Positions 12,083 to 24,841 of a DNA stretch of 64,000 nucleotides are shown in pieces. This stretch comes from Somniosus microcephalus (taxonomy: Eukaryota): NCBI GenBank assembly GCA_052327205.1, contig CM126223.1, forward strand, positions 59,396,001-59,460,000, written 5' to 3'. The position numbers were made by a program, and so were the translations under genes. The notes below the pieces were generated by a model, which was not told the origin of the DNA, ran no database searches, and saw nothing but the letters and a program-made list of their open reading frames with translations. Within the stretch, counting starts at the first letter, position 1; each line of letters starts with the position of its first letter.

Positions 12083-12809
12083 TAAAGAGTGTGCAGGGAC
12101 ACAGGGACCTGGGGGTTCATGTGCGTAGATCTTTGAAGGTGGCAGGACATTATGAGAGAGCAGTTAGCAAAGCATATGGGATCTTGGGCTTCATAAATAG
12201 AGGTGTTGAGTACAAAAGCAGGGAAGTTATGCTGAACCTTTATAAAGTTCTGGTTAGGCCACAACTGGAGTATTGTGTCCAGTTCTGGTCACCACACTTT
12301 AGGAAGGATGTGAAGGTCCTTGAGAGGGTGCAGAGGAGATTTACCAGAGTGGTTCCAGGGTTGAGGGATTTTAGCTACAAGGTTAGGTTGGAGAAGCTGG
12401 GGTTGTTCTCCTTGGAGTAAAGGAGGTTGAGGGGAGATCTGATAGAGGTGTACAAGATTATGATGGGTTTGGATAAAGTAGACAGAGAAAGGCTGTTCCC
12501 ATTAGCTGATGGTACAAGGACCAGGGGACACAGATTTAAGGTTTTGGGCAAGAGATACAGGGGGATGTGAGGAAAAACTTTTTTATGCAGTGAGTGGTAA
12601 TGACCTGGAACTCCCTGCTGACGAGTGTGGTGGAAGCGGAGACGATCAATGATTGATTTCAAAAGGAAATTAGATAGGCACTTGAGGGAAATAAACTTGC
12701 AGGGCTACGGAGATAGAGCGGGGGAATGGGACTGACTGGATTGCTCTACAGAGAGCCAGCGCGGACACGATGTGCCAAATGGCCTCCTTCTGTGCTGTAA
12801 TGACTCTAT
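12083..12809 (+). mobile_element. CR1 LINE 3' fragment
   Basis: ORF 12091-12420 (RDLGVHV..LVRPQLEYCVQFWSPH..ERVQRRFTR); tail tgactctatgactc interrupted by a MITE. Confidence 0.93.
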
Positions 12810-13201
12810 AGGCTCGAATTTGCAAGCCCCGTGGAGGCGGGAGTGGGGGGAAAATTGCAGAATCGGGGGGCACGAAGCCTTCCCACCCCCAACCTGCTTC
12901 CATGCCTGTTTTCCAGGAGGCGGGTACCCAACCTGTGCTGGGAGCCGCCTCCCCGAGGTGGGAAGGGGATTAGTGCCAATTAACTGCCTGTTAACAGGTA
13001 GTTAACAGGCAGTTTTTGACCTAATCCCTATTTTTAGCCCTGAAGTGTGGGCTGCCCGACGGCTCCAAACCACGCCAAGTTAGCGAGGCGGGCTCAACAA
13101 GGTCAATCAAGGGACAATCACGTGGGTTGGCCACAAATCGCTGGAGGCGGGACTACAACCCAAAAAGTGGGAGTCCCGCCTCCATTGACAAAATCCAGCC
13201 C
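12810..13201. mobile_element. Harbinger-type MITE family A, internally deleted
   Basis: Ends AAAATCCAGCCC; TSD TAT; retains the aactgcctgttaacaggtagttaacaggcagtt palindrome. Confidence 0.8.
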
Positions 13202-14233
13202 TATGACTCTCTGAGCTTCGGCCTCTGTTCAATTACCATCATTATCTTCAGTGGTTCTACCCTTCTTGTAATGAATGGAAATTTGCAGTTGTTTGCTTAC
13301 TTTTATGAATGAAATTTGCGTAGACCCAATGAAGCATCAATTCACGAGGTAATGGAATGATGGGACCTGTTCTTCTGAGTTCCTGACCTCAGTTGTTGCT
13401 GGGCAGGAGTCACTGGGCAGAACTGAGGTGCTTACCCATTGAAGGGATGAGAGAGAGCATGCAGTGGGACTTAGCCTTTCTCCTGTGTCTACCAGCAGCT
13501 GACCTGCTAAGAGCAGTGTGGGGCCTCTGACCAGAAAGGAACGAAAATTAGGAGGAAAATTAAGCGATACATACTTTTTTTCATTGCTAAAAATCAACAT
13601 GTTTGGGTTTTCTTTCTTCCTATCAAGCACTATTCCCTAGTTGGGAGGGAAACAGTCAACTAGCTGTCTGGTCACTGTTGGTGGCACTTTTCCGCCAGTC
13701 ACTCGGTTGGACTCGAGGGCTGGCATTTTCTTCATCAAGGTGGGGAGATGCCTGTTCTCCACTCTGCCCCTCTCCTTGGCATATCCGACTGGTCCACCGA
13801 TGACTTGTGCCCATCCAGCGTAAATTTTGTAAAATATACAGAATTTGATTAACATAAAGCAGAGAGCTGTGAAGAGCCTCCCCTCAAATCCAAGCCTTTA
13901 TACACCCCCTTGGATCAACGCCAAGCTCTCACTGAATTTTTAAAAAAGGAGATTCTCAAGCTCGTGGAACACCGTTTCAGTTCAGTGGTGCTCAACAGTC
14001 CGAGTCCAGAATAAACCTGGAGATCAGGCCTGGATTTGTGATCATTCCCCCAGTGAAATCTGTTTTGATAAAAAGAGCGTTTTGTAGCGAACACAGTGAA
14101 AAGGTTAAATATTGAAATCCCTAGGAAGTGATTTGTACTTTGAGTGGCTGCGTAACTGATGCACCTTGTACTTCTTGCTGGGTTATCTACTACACTTCAG
14201 AGGATAATGATGACATGAATTGCAGATTATAAA

Positions 14234-14234
<1 letters not shown>

Positions 14235-14302
<68 letters not shown>
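14235..14302. repeat. (CA)n microsatellite
   Basis: Perfect CA run of ~68 bp. Confidence 0.95.
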
Positions 14303-14306
<4 letters not shown>

Positions 14307-14905
14307 TGTATAGCCTGCTCTCATATTTTGCCTTGTAGATTTGGTTCGTTGCTGATCTGTTGTGGATATTGTCCTGTGTCTGTGCTTTTCGTTCAGCACA
14401 CTCTGTTAAAACTTCCAGCTGCGAAAACACTCTGCACTCACACTGAAGAAGTTAATCTATTTTAATCTTACTAAAGATTACTGCCAGCCTCCGGAGAACC
14501 AGCAGCATTATGGTATTTGTTAAAATGTAATTAATCTTCAAGGATTAGATCCGAATGAACAATGCGGAGCTCTGAATTAAGGGTGTAAAATCGTGTTTAA
14601 CATGGCATGCAATGACTGCACAACTTTAAAATTCCTGAAGAAACTCCAAAGCCTTCTGAGTAACCACATACCTTGGGCAGAGCAAATGAAAACACACTGA
14701 AAGGGCTTATCCTCAAAAAAGACTCCTGCGATTTGAATAGTTAGAATAAATCTCCAAAGGCAAATTAACCCTTAATTTAACTCTTGGCGGTGCTCCCCAT
14801 CTTGAAAGTGGATCATAACCCTTGTTAATTAAATCACTGTTTTATTGTTCCCAATCTGCCTTACTGGCAACTTATTTGAACCACCATCTTATAAGAATAT
14901 ACAAT

Positions 14906-16334
14906 GGCCCGTATTTTCCGATGCCTACGGGTGTGTATGCGCGCTGTGTAGGGACATTAGCGTGCGAAGCGCTTGCGCTGAAAACCGGCATTTCCGATCT
15001 GTCAAGAATCCTTTTGACAGATCGGACGCCTGCCCTGGAGAAGGGCCTCTGCGGGCGGATAGATCCGCTTTCTGCAGAACCTCCGCTCACTGAAAACACT
15101 TCGAAATCTTATGCCTGGTAAAAGCAGGTGGCGTAAGGCCTGCTTTTACCAGCTTAAGAGTTTTAAAAAGTTTTTTTTTAAATTTTCACTCATTTATAAT
15201 TTTAAAATACTTTTTAAAAAGGTAAGTTTATTTTTAGTCCTGTAAAAAAAACTTTAATTATTTTTTCAAAGAATTAAATTTTTGTTTAAAATATTTAATT
15301 TGTCATTTTAACTCATTTTTAAAATGTGATGGTTTTTTAAAAATGTATTTGATGTTTTAGGCCTAGAAATTCAGTGCCCTTAGCACCGATTTTGCGGCGC
15401 TAGAGGGCCTAGCGCTGCAATTGGCGCCGATTCCTAAATTGCCTGGGGCCCTTCCGCGGCGGTAGACCGGTAGCGCTGCGCCGGCACCGATGACGTCATC
15501 GGTGTGCGCAGCGTCCCGGTTGCCGTGGTAACCCGGCCCCAAGCCGAAATTCAGTTGCGCCCGCCTCGCCCGTGGCAGGCGCAACTAAGACTCTGGCAAC
15601 AGAGTCTTCCCCCAGTGTGCGCCGGCGCATAAAGGTGGAGCGGCGGCCGGCCGCGTTCCCGGCGGCCGCCTGCCCGCACCTCCCTTCCCGGACTCCTGCA
15701 TTCCCCCCCCGCGGCCCTGATCAGTGTCTCATGCGAGCCCGGCACTTCCCCGAGGTGCCGGGCTCAGATGTCGGGTCAATCCGCCGGACAGTTGTCGGCT
15801 GCAGGCAGCTCCTCCTTAACAGGAGGAGGAGGCCTGCAGTTCCCCCGCCTGCCGCACCGCATCGGGTGCCGCAGCGGGGGATTAGCGCCGGGAAACCCAA
15901 GTTCACGCCCGTTTTGAGGCGCTAAAGGAGGGTTTTAGCGCCTGCCGCCGTTTGGGCCCGGTGCACCCGAATTTTCGTCGGGCGCTGCCGCATTACCGCT
16001 GGCGCAAACTTTCTGGCGCTACAGCCCTGGCAAGACCAGAACCTAATTTCTAGGCCTTAGTGTCTTTTTTCAGTGATCCCCATTCATTTATTTGACTGGT
16101 CTATCTGTCAAAAGTATGAAGGGAGATTCCCTTCTCCTATTGGCTGGCCTGGCCCACGTGATCCCAGGGACGCTTGCGAACTGCCTGCACCCTGGGATAC
16201 GTGGGCCCTGCGCATTTCGACTGGAGAGGCCCAGGAGCGGAAGTGTCCGGTCCTCGGAAGCCCTCAGGTAAGGGCGTAGATTTTTTTCCGATAGGAAACT
16301 TCCTGCAGATGCCTCCTATCAGAAATGACGGGCC
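14906..16334. mobile_element. Harbinger-type MITE (family C) hosting a nested MITE
   Basis: TIR GGCCCGT...ACGGGCC, TSD AAT; AT-rich core at 15160-15359. Confidence 0.75.
15360..16056. mobile_element. GC-rich Harbinger-type MITE (family B), nested
   Basis: TIR GGCCTAGAAATT...AATTTCTAGGCC, TSD TTA; homologous to 26016-26713. Confidence 0.88.
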
Positions 16335-16858
16335 AATGTCACAGGTTATCCACAGTTAAGCTGCATAATCATCTGGGACAGTTCCTTTTGATATCAGCCA
16401 CTGATCTTCTTTGGTATGGTAGCAGCAAAGCAAATCAAATGTCAATATCTAATTCAGATATCCAAGCCAAAGCTTCTTCTGTAACAGTGTGGATATCTTG
16501 TAGGATGCCATTGATGAAATGTAAGTTGAGATTGTAAATGCTCTGTGTGCAAAAATTGCACCTGTTTACTGCAGCATTAAATATTCTGGCTCTGATTGAT
16601 CTTATAAAATCAAGTCCCACTTATATGTAGGACCTCGATGGCTTCAGTACTGGTCTGGTTGTGGTCATCAGGCTGCACGAAGTTCAATGGACCAGTTGGG
16701 TCATATAAACATAAGAACATAAGAAATGCTAGCAGGAGTCGGCCATTTGGCCCTTCGAGCCTGCTCCGCCATTCACTAAGATCATGGCTGATCTTCTACC
16801 TCATTTCCACTTGCCTGCACCATCCCAATATCCCTTGATTTCCTTAATATTCAAAAAT

Positions 16859-18418
16859 CTATCGATCTCTGTCTTGAATATACTCAACGACTGAGCCTCC
16901 ACAGCCCTCTGATTCACTACCCTCCTGAGTGAAGAAATATCTCCTCATCTCAGTCCTAAATGGCCGACCCCTTATTCTGAGACTGTGAGCCCTGGTTCTA
17001 GACTCCCCAGCCAGGGGAAACATCCTCCCTGCATCTACCCTGTCACGTCCTGTAAGAATTTTGTATGTTTCAGTGAGATCACCTCTCATTCTTCTATACT
17101 CTAGAGAATATAGGCCTAGTCTACTCAATCTCTCCTCATAGGACAATCCCCCCATCCCAGGAACCAGTCTGGTGAACCTTCGTTGCACTCCCTCTATGGT
17201 AAGTATATCCTTCCTTAGGTAAGGAGACCAAAACTGTACACAATACTCCAGGTGTGGTCTCACCAGGGCCCTATATAATTGCAGTAAGACATCTTTACTC
17301 TTATACTCAAATCCTCTTGTAATAAAGGCCAACATACCATTTGCTTTCCTAATTGCTTGCTGTACCTGCATGTTAACTTCCAGTGATTTGTGTACAAGGA
17401 CACCCAGGTCTCACTGAACACCAACATTTCCCAATCTCTCACCATTTGAAAAACACTCTGCTTTTCTATTTTTCCTACCAAAGTGGATAACTTCACATTT
17501 CTCCACATTATATTCCATTTGCCATGTTCTTGCTCACTCACTTAGCCTGTCTATATCCCCTTGAAGCCTCCTTGCATCCTCCTCACAACTTACATTCCTA
17601 CCCAGCTTTGTATCATCAGCAAATTTGGATATATTACATTTGGTCCCCTCATCCAAATCATTGATGTAGATTGTGAATAGCTGAGGCCCAAGCACTGATC
17701 CTTGTGGTACCCCACTAGTTACAGCCTGCCAACCTGAATATGACCCGTTTATTCCTACTCTCTGTTTTCTGTCCATTAACCAATCCTCAATCCATGCTAG
17801 TATATTACCCCCAATCCCATGAGCCTTAATTTTGTTTAATAACCTCTTGTGTGGCACCTTATCCAATGCCTTCTGAAAATCCAAATACACCACATCCACT
17901 GGTTCCCCCTTATCTATTCTGCTAGTTACAACCTCAAAAAACTCTTAACAGATTCGTCAAACACAATTTCCCTTTCATAAATCTGTGTTGACTCTGCCCA
18001 ATCCTATTATTATTTTCTAAGTGCCCTGTTACCGTGTCCTTAATAATAGATTCTAGCATTTTCCCTACTACTGATATCAGGCTAAACTGGTCTGTAGTTC
18101 CCCGTTTTTTCTCTTCTCCTTTTTAAATAATGGGGTTACATTTGCTACCTTCCAATCCGCGGGAACCATTCTAAAATCTATGGAATTTTGGAAAATGACA
18201 ACCAATGCATCCACTATGTCTATAGCCACCTCTTTCAAAACGCTAGGATGCAGACCATCAGGTCCAGGAGATTTATCGGCTTTCAGTCCCATTCATTTCT
18301 CCAGTACTATTTTTTTACTAATACTAACTTCTTTCAGTTCCTCATTCTCGCTAAAGCCTTGGTTCTCCACTATTTCTGGTAAGTTTTTTGCATCTTCTTC
18401 CGTGAAGACAGACACAAA
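16859..18418 (-). pseudogene. CR1 ORF2 reverse transcriptase region (frameshifted)
   Basis: [55 protein letters not shown] motifs. Confidence 0.93.
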
Positions 18419-19280
18419 GGGCTGGATTTTACCAGCCCTGAGGAGGTGGGTTTGGAGGCGGGACTGCTGGGAAAGTCAAAAAGAATTGGAACGGGTCCCG
18501 AACCCGCTCCCAACCCACCTCCAACCAATCTTCCCGGGAGTCGGGTCCCCGATTTGCACAGGGACCCGACTCCTAGCGGCGGGAAGAGGTTTATAGCCAC
18601 TTAACTGCCTGTTAACAGGTAGTTAACAGGCAGTTAAGAGGCTTTTCCCAAGTTTTCGACTGCTGCTGCGGGCTTCCCGACATCAGGGAACCCCGCCAGG
18701 GTAAGTGAGGCAAGCTGTGGGTCTGTTGTTATGTTGGTGTTTGGCAAACAGCTGCAGAAGTGGTGTGAAGGATGCAATGGGACAACGGTTAGTATCAGAG
18801 GTAAGGAAATGTTGTGAAAGTAATTTTTAATGTAGTTAGATGTTTCTGCAGGTGACAAGCTGTGAAGTGTTTGTGTAGCCTCATCTCATCGGGAGAAGTG
18901 ACAGATGGCTTCTGCAATCTCACCTGCAGCTGCCATCTGTTTTATCATAAGGAGAGAGTAATTGGAGAGCTGGATGCAAGGGCTCACCTGTGTACAGTGA
19001 TTGTCAGTGTTTGACAGCACCTCAATGCTGTCAAACACTGACAATTCATCTGTCAAACAAGTGTGGTGCATATGTCTTTAAGAAAACCGGCAGATGAAGC
19101 GTTATCAACTGACGTCATCTGACACTGGCTTTCTGTTAATTGGCCGGCAAGCCCACAGGGCGGGACAAGGCCAATCAGGGCAAAATAGCGTCTGTTCGTC
19201 AGACGTCGCTGGGTGCAGGACTAGAACCTGGAAAGCAGCAGTCCTGCCACCAACTCGTCTCGGTAAGTAAAATCCAGCCC
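18419..19280. mobile_element. Harbinger-type MITE family A inserted in CR1
   Basis: TIR GGGCTGGATTTTAC...GTAAAATCCAGCCC; TSD AAA; CR1 sequence resumes across it (gacacaaa|...|aaagtatttg). Confidence 0.9.
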
Positions 19281-19668
19281 AAAGTATTTGTTTAATTTCT
19301 CTGCCATTTCCTTATTCCCCATTATAATTTCTCCTGTCTCCACCTGTAAGGGACCCACATTTACTTTCACTAATCTTTTCCTCTTTACATACCTATAGAA
19401 GCTTTTACAGTCTGGTTTTATGTCACTCGCTAGTTTATTCTTGTATTCTATTTTCCCTTTCTTTATCAATTTCTTGGTCCTCCTATGCTGAATTCTAAAA
19501 TCCTCCCAATCCTCAGGCTTACTACTCTTTTTGGCAACATTATAAGTCTCTTCCTTTGATCTAACACTATGTTTAACTTCTCTTGTTAACCACAGTTGGA
19601 CCACTTTTCCTGTGGGGTTTTTGTGCCTTAAAGGAATGTGTATTTGTTGTAAATTATGTATTAATTCT

Positions 19669-20559
19669 TTATGCTAGCCATTGCTTGTCTACTGTCATAC
19701 CTTTTAATGTAGTTTCCCAATCTACCTTAGCCAACTCGCCCCTCAGACCTATGTAGTTTGCTTTGTTTAGATTTAAGACCCTAGTTTCGGATTTAACTAA
19801 ATCACTTTCAAGCTCAATATAAAATTCTATCATATTATGGTCACTCTTCCCTAAAGGCCCCTTTATTACAAGGTTATTAATTAACCCTTTCTCATTGCAC
19901 AATACTAGATCTAAAATAGGCTGTTCCCAGGTTGGTTCCTCAACATACTGATCTAGAAAACTATCTTGCATACATTCCATGAATTCGTCCTCCACACTAT
20001 TACTGCAAATTTGGTTTGCCCAGTCTATATGTAGATTAAAGTCCCCCATGATTACTGTATTATCCTTGTTACATGCGCCTCTAATTTCCTGATTTATCCT
20101 CTGCCCTACATTACAACTACTGTTTGGGGGCCTATAAACAACTCCCACCAATGTTTTCTGCCCCTTGCTGTTTCTTAGCTTCACCCAAACTGATTCTACT
20201 TCTTGATTTTCGGAGCTAAGATCCTTTCTCTCTACTGTCTTTATCCCATCCTTTTTTATCAGGGCTACCCCGCCTCCTTTTCCATTTTGCCTAACTCTTC
20301 TAAAAGTTAAGTATCCTGGAATATTTAGTTCCCAACCTTGGCCACTTTGAAACCACGTCTCTGTTATGGCTATTAGATCAAACCTGTAAATGTCTATCTG
20401 CGCTATTAATTTATCTATTTTGTTGCGAATGCTTCGTGCATTCAGATATAGCTTTGACTTATTTCTATTTTTCCCTGATGTCAACTTAGTCATTGATGCC
20501 TTATTACCTTTGTTACTCTCTCTGTCCCTTCCTGACCCACTCCGCTTATTTTTACCCAA
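19669..20559 (-). pseudogene. CR1 ORF2 apurinic-like endonuclease domain
   Basis: YLNARSI, IAITETW, GGGVAL, VVYRPP, MGDFN, LDLVL, SDHNM motifs. Confidence 0.93.
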
Positions 20560-20704
20560 AACTCTGCTCTGCTCTAGAGCCTTGACATTTCTCTCGCTGC
20601 TTTTAAATTTACTCTTTCCTGAATCCTTCCACCCACCTCTGCTCCCCCCCCCCCACCACCGCCCCCCATCATCCCATCATTAGTTTAAAGCCCTGTCTAC
20701 TGCC

Positions 20705-21181
20705 CTAGTTATTCGGTTCACCAGGACACTGGTCCCAATGGAACAGCTCCCTCTTTCCCCAGTACTGATGCCAGTGCCCCATGAGCTGAAACCCCTTCCT
20801 CCCACACCACTCTTTGAGCCACGCATTTAAACCTCTAATCTGTTTGTCCCTATGCCAATTTGCACGTGGCTCAGGTAACAATCCAGAGATAATTTCTTCT
20901 GAGGTTCTGCTTTTTAATTTGGATCCTAGCTCTTCAAACTCCCTCAGCGGATCCTCATTCCTAGTTCTACCTATGTCGTTGGTTCCTATGTGGGCCACAA
21001 CAACTGGATGCTCCCCCTCCCACTCCAAGTTCTTCTCCAGCCGCGAGGAGATGTCTTTAACCCTGGCACTGGGCAGGCAACACAACCTTCGGAACTCTTG
21101 GCCGCAGCTGCAGAGAATAGTATCTATCCCCCTGACTATACTGTCCCCTACCACAACTACATGCCCTTTCACTCCCCCCAC
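20705..21181 (-). pseudogene. CR1 ORF1 SGNH/GDSL esterase domain
   Basis: VVVGDSIVRG and HIGTND blocks typical of the CR1 ORF1 esterase. Confidence 0.9.
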
Positions 21182-21289
21182 TTGAAAGGCCTCCTTGTAT
21201 TACATCTTGTGAGGGATGTTTTGAATTGATGACCTGAGTTTTGTTATAAAGTTGATGAATGCACCGGGATGTAACTGAAATCATTGTGA

Positions 21290-21420
21290 GATGCTGAGCA
21301 TTAAGATTCAGTACGAGAGGTTCAGTATTTGGATTCAGCACGAGAGGTTCAGTGTTAGGATTCAGTACGAGAGGTTCAGTGTTTGAATTAAGTACGGGAG
21401 GATTAGCGTTAGGATTCTGT
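21290..21420 (-). repeat. 27-bp tandem repeat (~4.5 copies) reading as NPNTEPLVL repeats
   Basis: Unit gattcagtacgagaggttcagt(a/g)tt(t/a)g; frame open through the array. Confidence 0.9.
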
Positions 21421-23306
21421 ATGAGCTGCAGCATATCATTAGGTGATCGCAAACTGTCCTGACTTGGAATGGCTCTTTTATTCTAGTTATGGTAAAACCT
21501 ATGGAAATGTGCTGATATGAAAACCGGTTTGCTATCCACTTTCCTCTGCTGAAAAAGGAGTCATCTTAAGAAAGCACCACCTTTAGGATTTGGATTACTG
21601 CTTTTGTTTTCTCTTACAAAGTGAGGGAAAAAATACAGGAGAACCATTCTTTACTATACTGGCACTTGGCCAAGGTCAGAGACGTAGTGTGTGGGCAAGT
21701 GCAGCAAGTGGGCAATGTACTGCCATTCCCAGGAATCTTCTGTATTCTCCCCAACCATCCCCACAGGATTTCTAGGTATGTTCATACAAATTATATCCTC
21801 ATCTAGCAAAAATGAGCTGAAGCCTGGGTGGATTATTCTGATTATTACAAGAGCAGACAAAACAGGAACTAGGTAGGCATTAACATGATTTAATTGAAGA
21901 ATTGTTATTGTCAATGTAAAGTTACTTTAGTTGGGTCTGAGTAACAATTCCCCGCAACAAAATCCCATAAACATAAAATATTTGACCCCTTAAATATTGA
22001 TCTAAAAATAGATTCACCATTTACGCCTTTAAAAAATGATTCCTATTCCCATTTGTTCTTTTCAATTAGGTCTAAAATGAAGCATTGTTAATTTGCTATT
22101 TACACATATTTCCTTTCGATTTACAGTGCATCATGTTTTCTTTAACATGCACTTTGGATGTTAATTGGTTCACTGAACAATGTCATGCAAAATCTTATGG
22201 GATTACTGAAACTAATAGGATTCTATGGAATGTATTGGGCATCCTATAGTGTTGCTTGGCAACGGGAAGGCTGCACTATAATTAATCTTCTGCTGGGCCG
22301 CACCTTCAGACCTGAGCAGCGATGATGGTCAGGACATGCTTTGTACGGGATGTAACATTACTGAACTCATGTAATTGATTTATGGGATGCCCGCTAATGT
22401 ATTAACCTTTCAAGGAATAAATTTCCTCAGCACTTCAATAAAAACGCATGTTTATTCATTGGCTGCTGTCTACCAAAATGACATTCTGTAAAAACAATGC
22501 GAGCCACTAAGCTGATTCACAGTGAGGTTGGAGTCTCTGCAGTTTTCAAAAAGCTCTCTTTTTAAAAAAAACTGAAATTGTTAGCCTTGTGTTAACGCAC
22601 AGAAATAGTACAAAGACATCCATTTTGTGGGGGGTTTGAACAACTTTTTTCTGCACCCGCCCCCCCCCCTTTATTCATCAAGGCGCTGACTGACTCGTGT
22701 AGGGGTACAATTCCATGGGAGCCATCCACCCATTGATGCCTCATGTGTGAGCCTCCCTGTGAGTGTTGGATCATGTGGGAGGCATCACAATCAAACCTAA
22801 TCCTAACGCCACCTGGCATCCACATTGGACCCAGCGGTCAGAAGGAACCCTGGCTGATTTTTTTTTTAATGATTCTCTCTATCCTCATCCTGGGGGCACG
22901 GAGACAAATTGTAGCATCTCCGCATGCTGCCCAGCTGAGACTTGCTAACTCAGCGGGTCAAACGTGGTGCCTTCTCCATGTGTATGACCCCCACACCTTA
23001 TCGTGATGCATTTATTCATTGAGTCTTGGGCGGGTGGGTAGGGGAGAAGGGAGGCTATTCACTTCTTGCCAGACCCGTTTTCTCATCATGAGCTTGCTGT
23101 AAAAGATTAATTAATCAACTCAATTTTGTTTGTGGGCTCAAGTGGGAGCTTTTTCCATTGTGGAAGGTGTTTCATGCTGTTGACTGTACATTGCAGCCAT
23201 CCCGTTATCAAATAATCCTATAGGACGCCCACTGCATTCCAGTCATACAATTATACAACTCGTGTCATTTGGGCTGTCAACCTGATGAAACATGTAATCC
23301 AGGCAA

Positions 23307-23500
23307 AGAAAGAAAGACTTGCATTTCTATAGCGCCTTTCACAACCACCGGACGTCCCAAAGCGCTTTACAGCCAATGAAGTACTTTTTGAAGTGGAGTC
23401 ACTGTTGTAATGTGGGAAACGCGGCAGCCAATTTGCGCACAGCAAGCTCCCACAAACAGCAATGTGATGATGACCAGAGAATCTGTTTTAGTAATGTTGA
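23307..23500 (-). mobile_element. SacSINE1-type SINE 3' fragment
   Basis: Antisense of the tail of 3772-4222. Confidence 0.85.
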
Positions 23501-23993
23501 CTCAACAACTAATTAAATTAATGGGGAAGGAAAGTTCAGGTGAAGGAGCCTCCCCCTTACTTACCAGATGCTTCTTCAAACTCTGCTTTAAAATATCAAG
23601 TTCAGCACCAACTGGGGGACCTCTGTGTGCAGGCTCCCTCCCTCCCCGTCGTGTGGCTCTGACTAGATCCGATATGGGCAGCTTCATTTAAGCCGCTCTG
23701 GCAAATATGCAGTCCCGGCGGTGCGGGTGGTTTCTCGAGGTAGGGTGGCTTCATATTGGCCTTGGGTCTGGTTTGAAGCTGCACCCCTCTTTCCTCCTCC
23801 ACCACCACCCCAGCTGTTTGCAAAGTATCCACTCAGGACCGCTCCTTATAACTGGTGTCACTGGAGAGGGCGAACACGGAGGAAACCCCAACTTCTATTT
23901 CTTCTGGCTGGCGCTAAAACCGACGTTTGTTCAGAAAAAAAATGTGGAAGGAATAGATAAGAGTATAAAAATGGAGAGTGACATGAACATAAA

Positions 23994-24657
23994 GGGGGAA
24001 GAATTCAGTATCGCCCCGTTTGGGGGCGCCGTTATCGGCCGTGCGCAAAGCTTAGCGCCTGGCGCTAATTATCGCCTCCGACGGCAAACTTGGTTTTTAC
24101 GCCCCTGGAGGTGATTGGAGCGCTAAATCAGGCGCTTCACACCTCTCTTAAGGCGCAAAGGCCGAGGAGCGAGGCGCTACCTCAGAGTGCTGGTGAAGCA
24201 AGGAAGGGCAAATCAAAATAAACCTGCAAAGTGCTGCTCAGTACTCAAAACTCCTTCACACAGCGTTGAATCTCTCCAGAAGTCTCTCTCTCTCTCTCTC
24301 AGAATGTGTGGTGCAAAAATGTCACCAACAAAAAAAGGCAGGAAGCGGTCACCTTTAAATAGTGCTCCCCCAACCCCTTTCTGACAGCATAACGCTCCCC
24401 TCAACCTGTCGTTGCTAGCGGCAGGCGGTAAGGCAGGGGGCGCCACTCAATATCCGGTTCGGGGCGCTACTGGGGCGTTGCGCACTCGACTGACGTCACG
24501 ATCTGCCGGCGCAGGAGTGTTTAGCGCCGCCGCAAAATGTCTAGTTAATTTCGCGAGCGGCGCAAACATCGCCGCGCCCGGGCGCTAGTTGCTTTGCGCC
24601 CCATTAGCACCCTCTTAAGGCGCTAACGGGAGGCGCAAACAACTGAATTTTTCCCCC
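23994..24657. mobile_element. GC-rich Harbinger-type MITE
   Basis: TIR GGGGGAAGAATTCAGT...ACTGAATTTTTCCCCC, TSD AAA. Confidence 0.8.
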
Positions 24658-24841
24658 AAATACTCCCCGACATTTTCTCTCGTTTCTGAGGTGTTAATGG
24701 TGACTGATATTTGGTTGAAGGGATAAATATAATGGCTGTAGCTCCATGAATACAAATACAAAGTCCTATAAGAATACTTCTGTAAAGAATTTACCTTAAG
24801 ATCTGCCGTTGCCATGGCAAACAGTTTCGATTTTGAGTACC

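Larger units (their letters stand above)
16705..21195 (-). mobile_element. Near-full-length CR1 LINE (ORF1 esterase, ORF2 APE-RT), disrupted
   Basis: Collinear ORF fragments from ORF1 to the 3' tail (aacataagaacataag); frameshifts, stops and a MITE at 18419-19280. Confidence 0.95.

Noticed and set aside
14330-14420. Additional minus-strand exon (LEVLTECAERKAQTQDNIHNRSATNQIYK)
   Set aside because: The acceptor is plausible but no good GT donor follows (aag|gcaaaa)
21290-21420. CRISPR array
   Set aside because: Repeats are contiguous with no spacers; eukaryotic context; no cas genes
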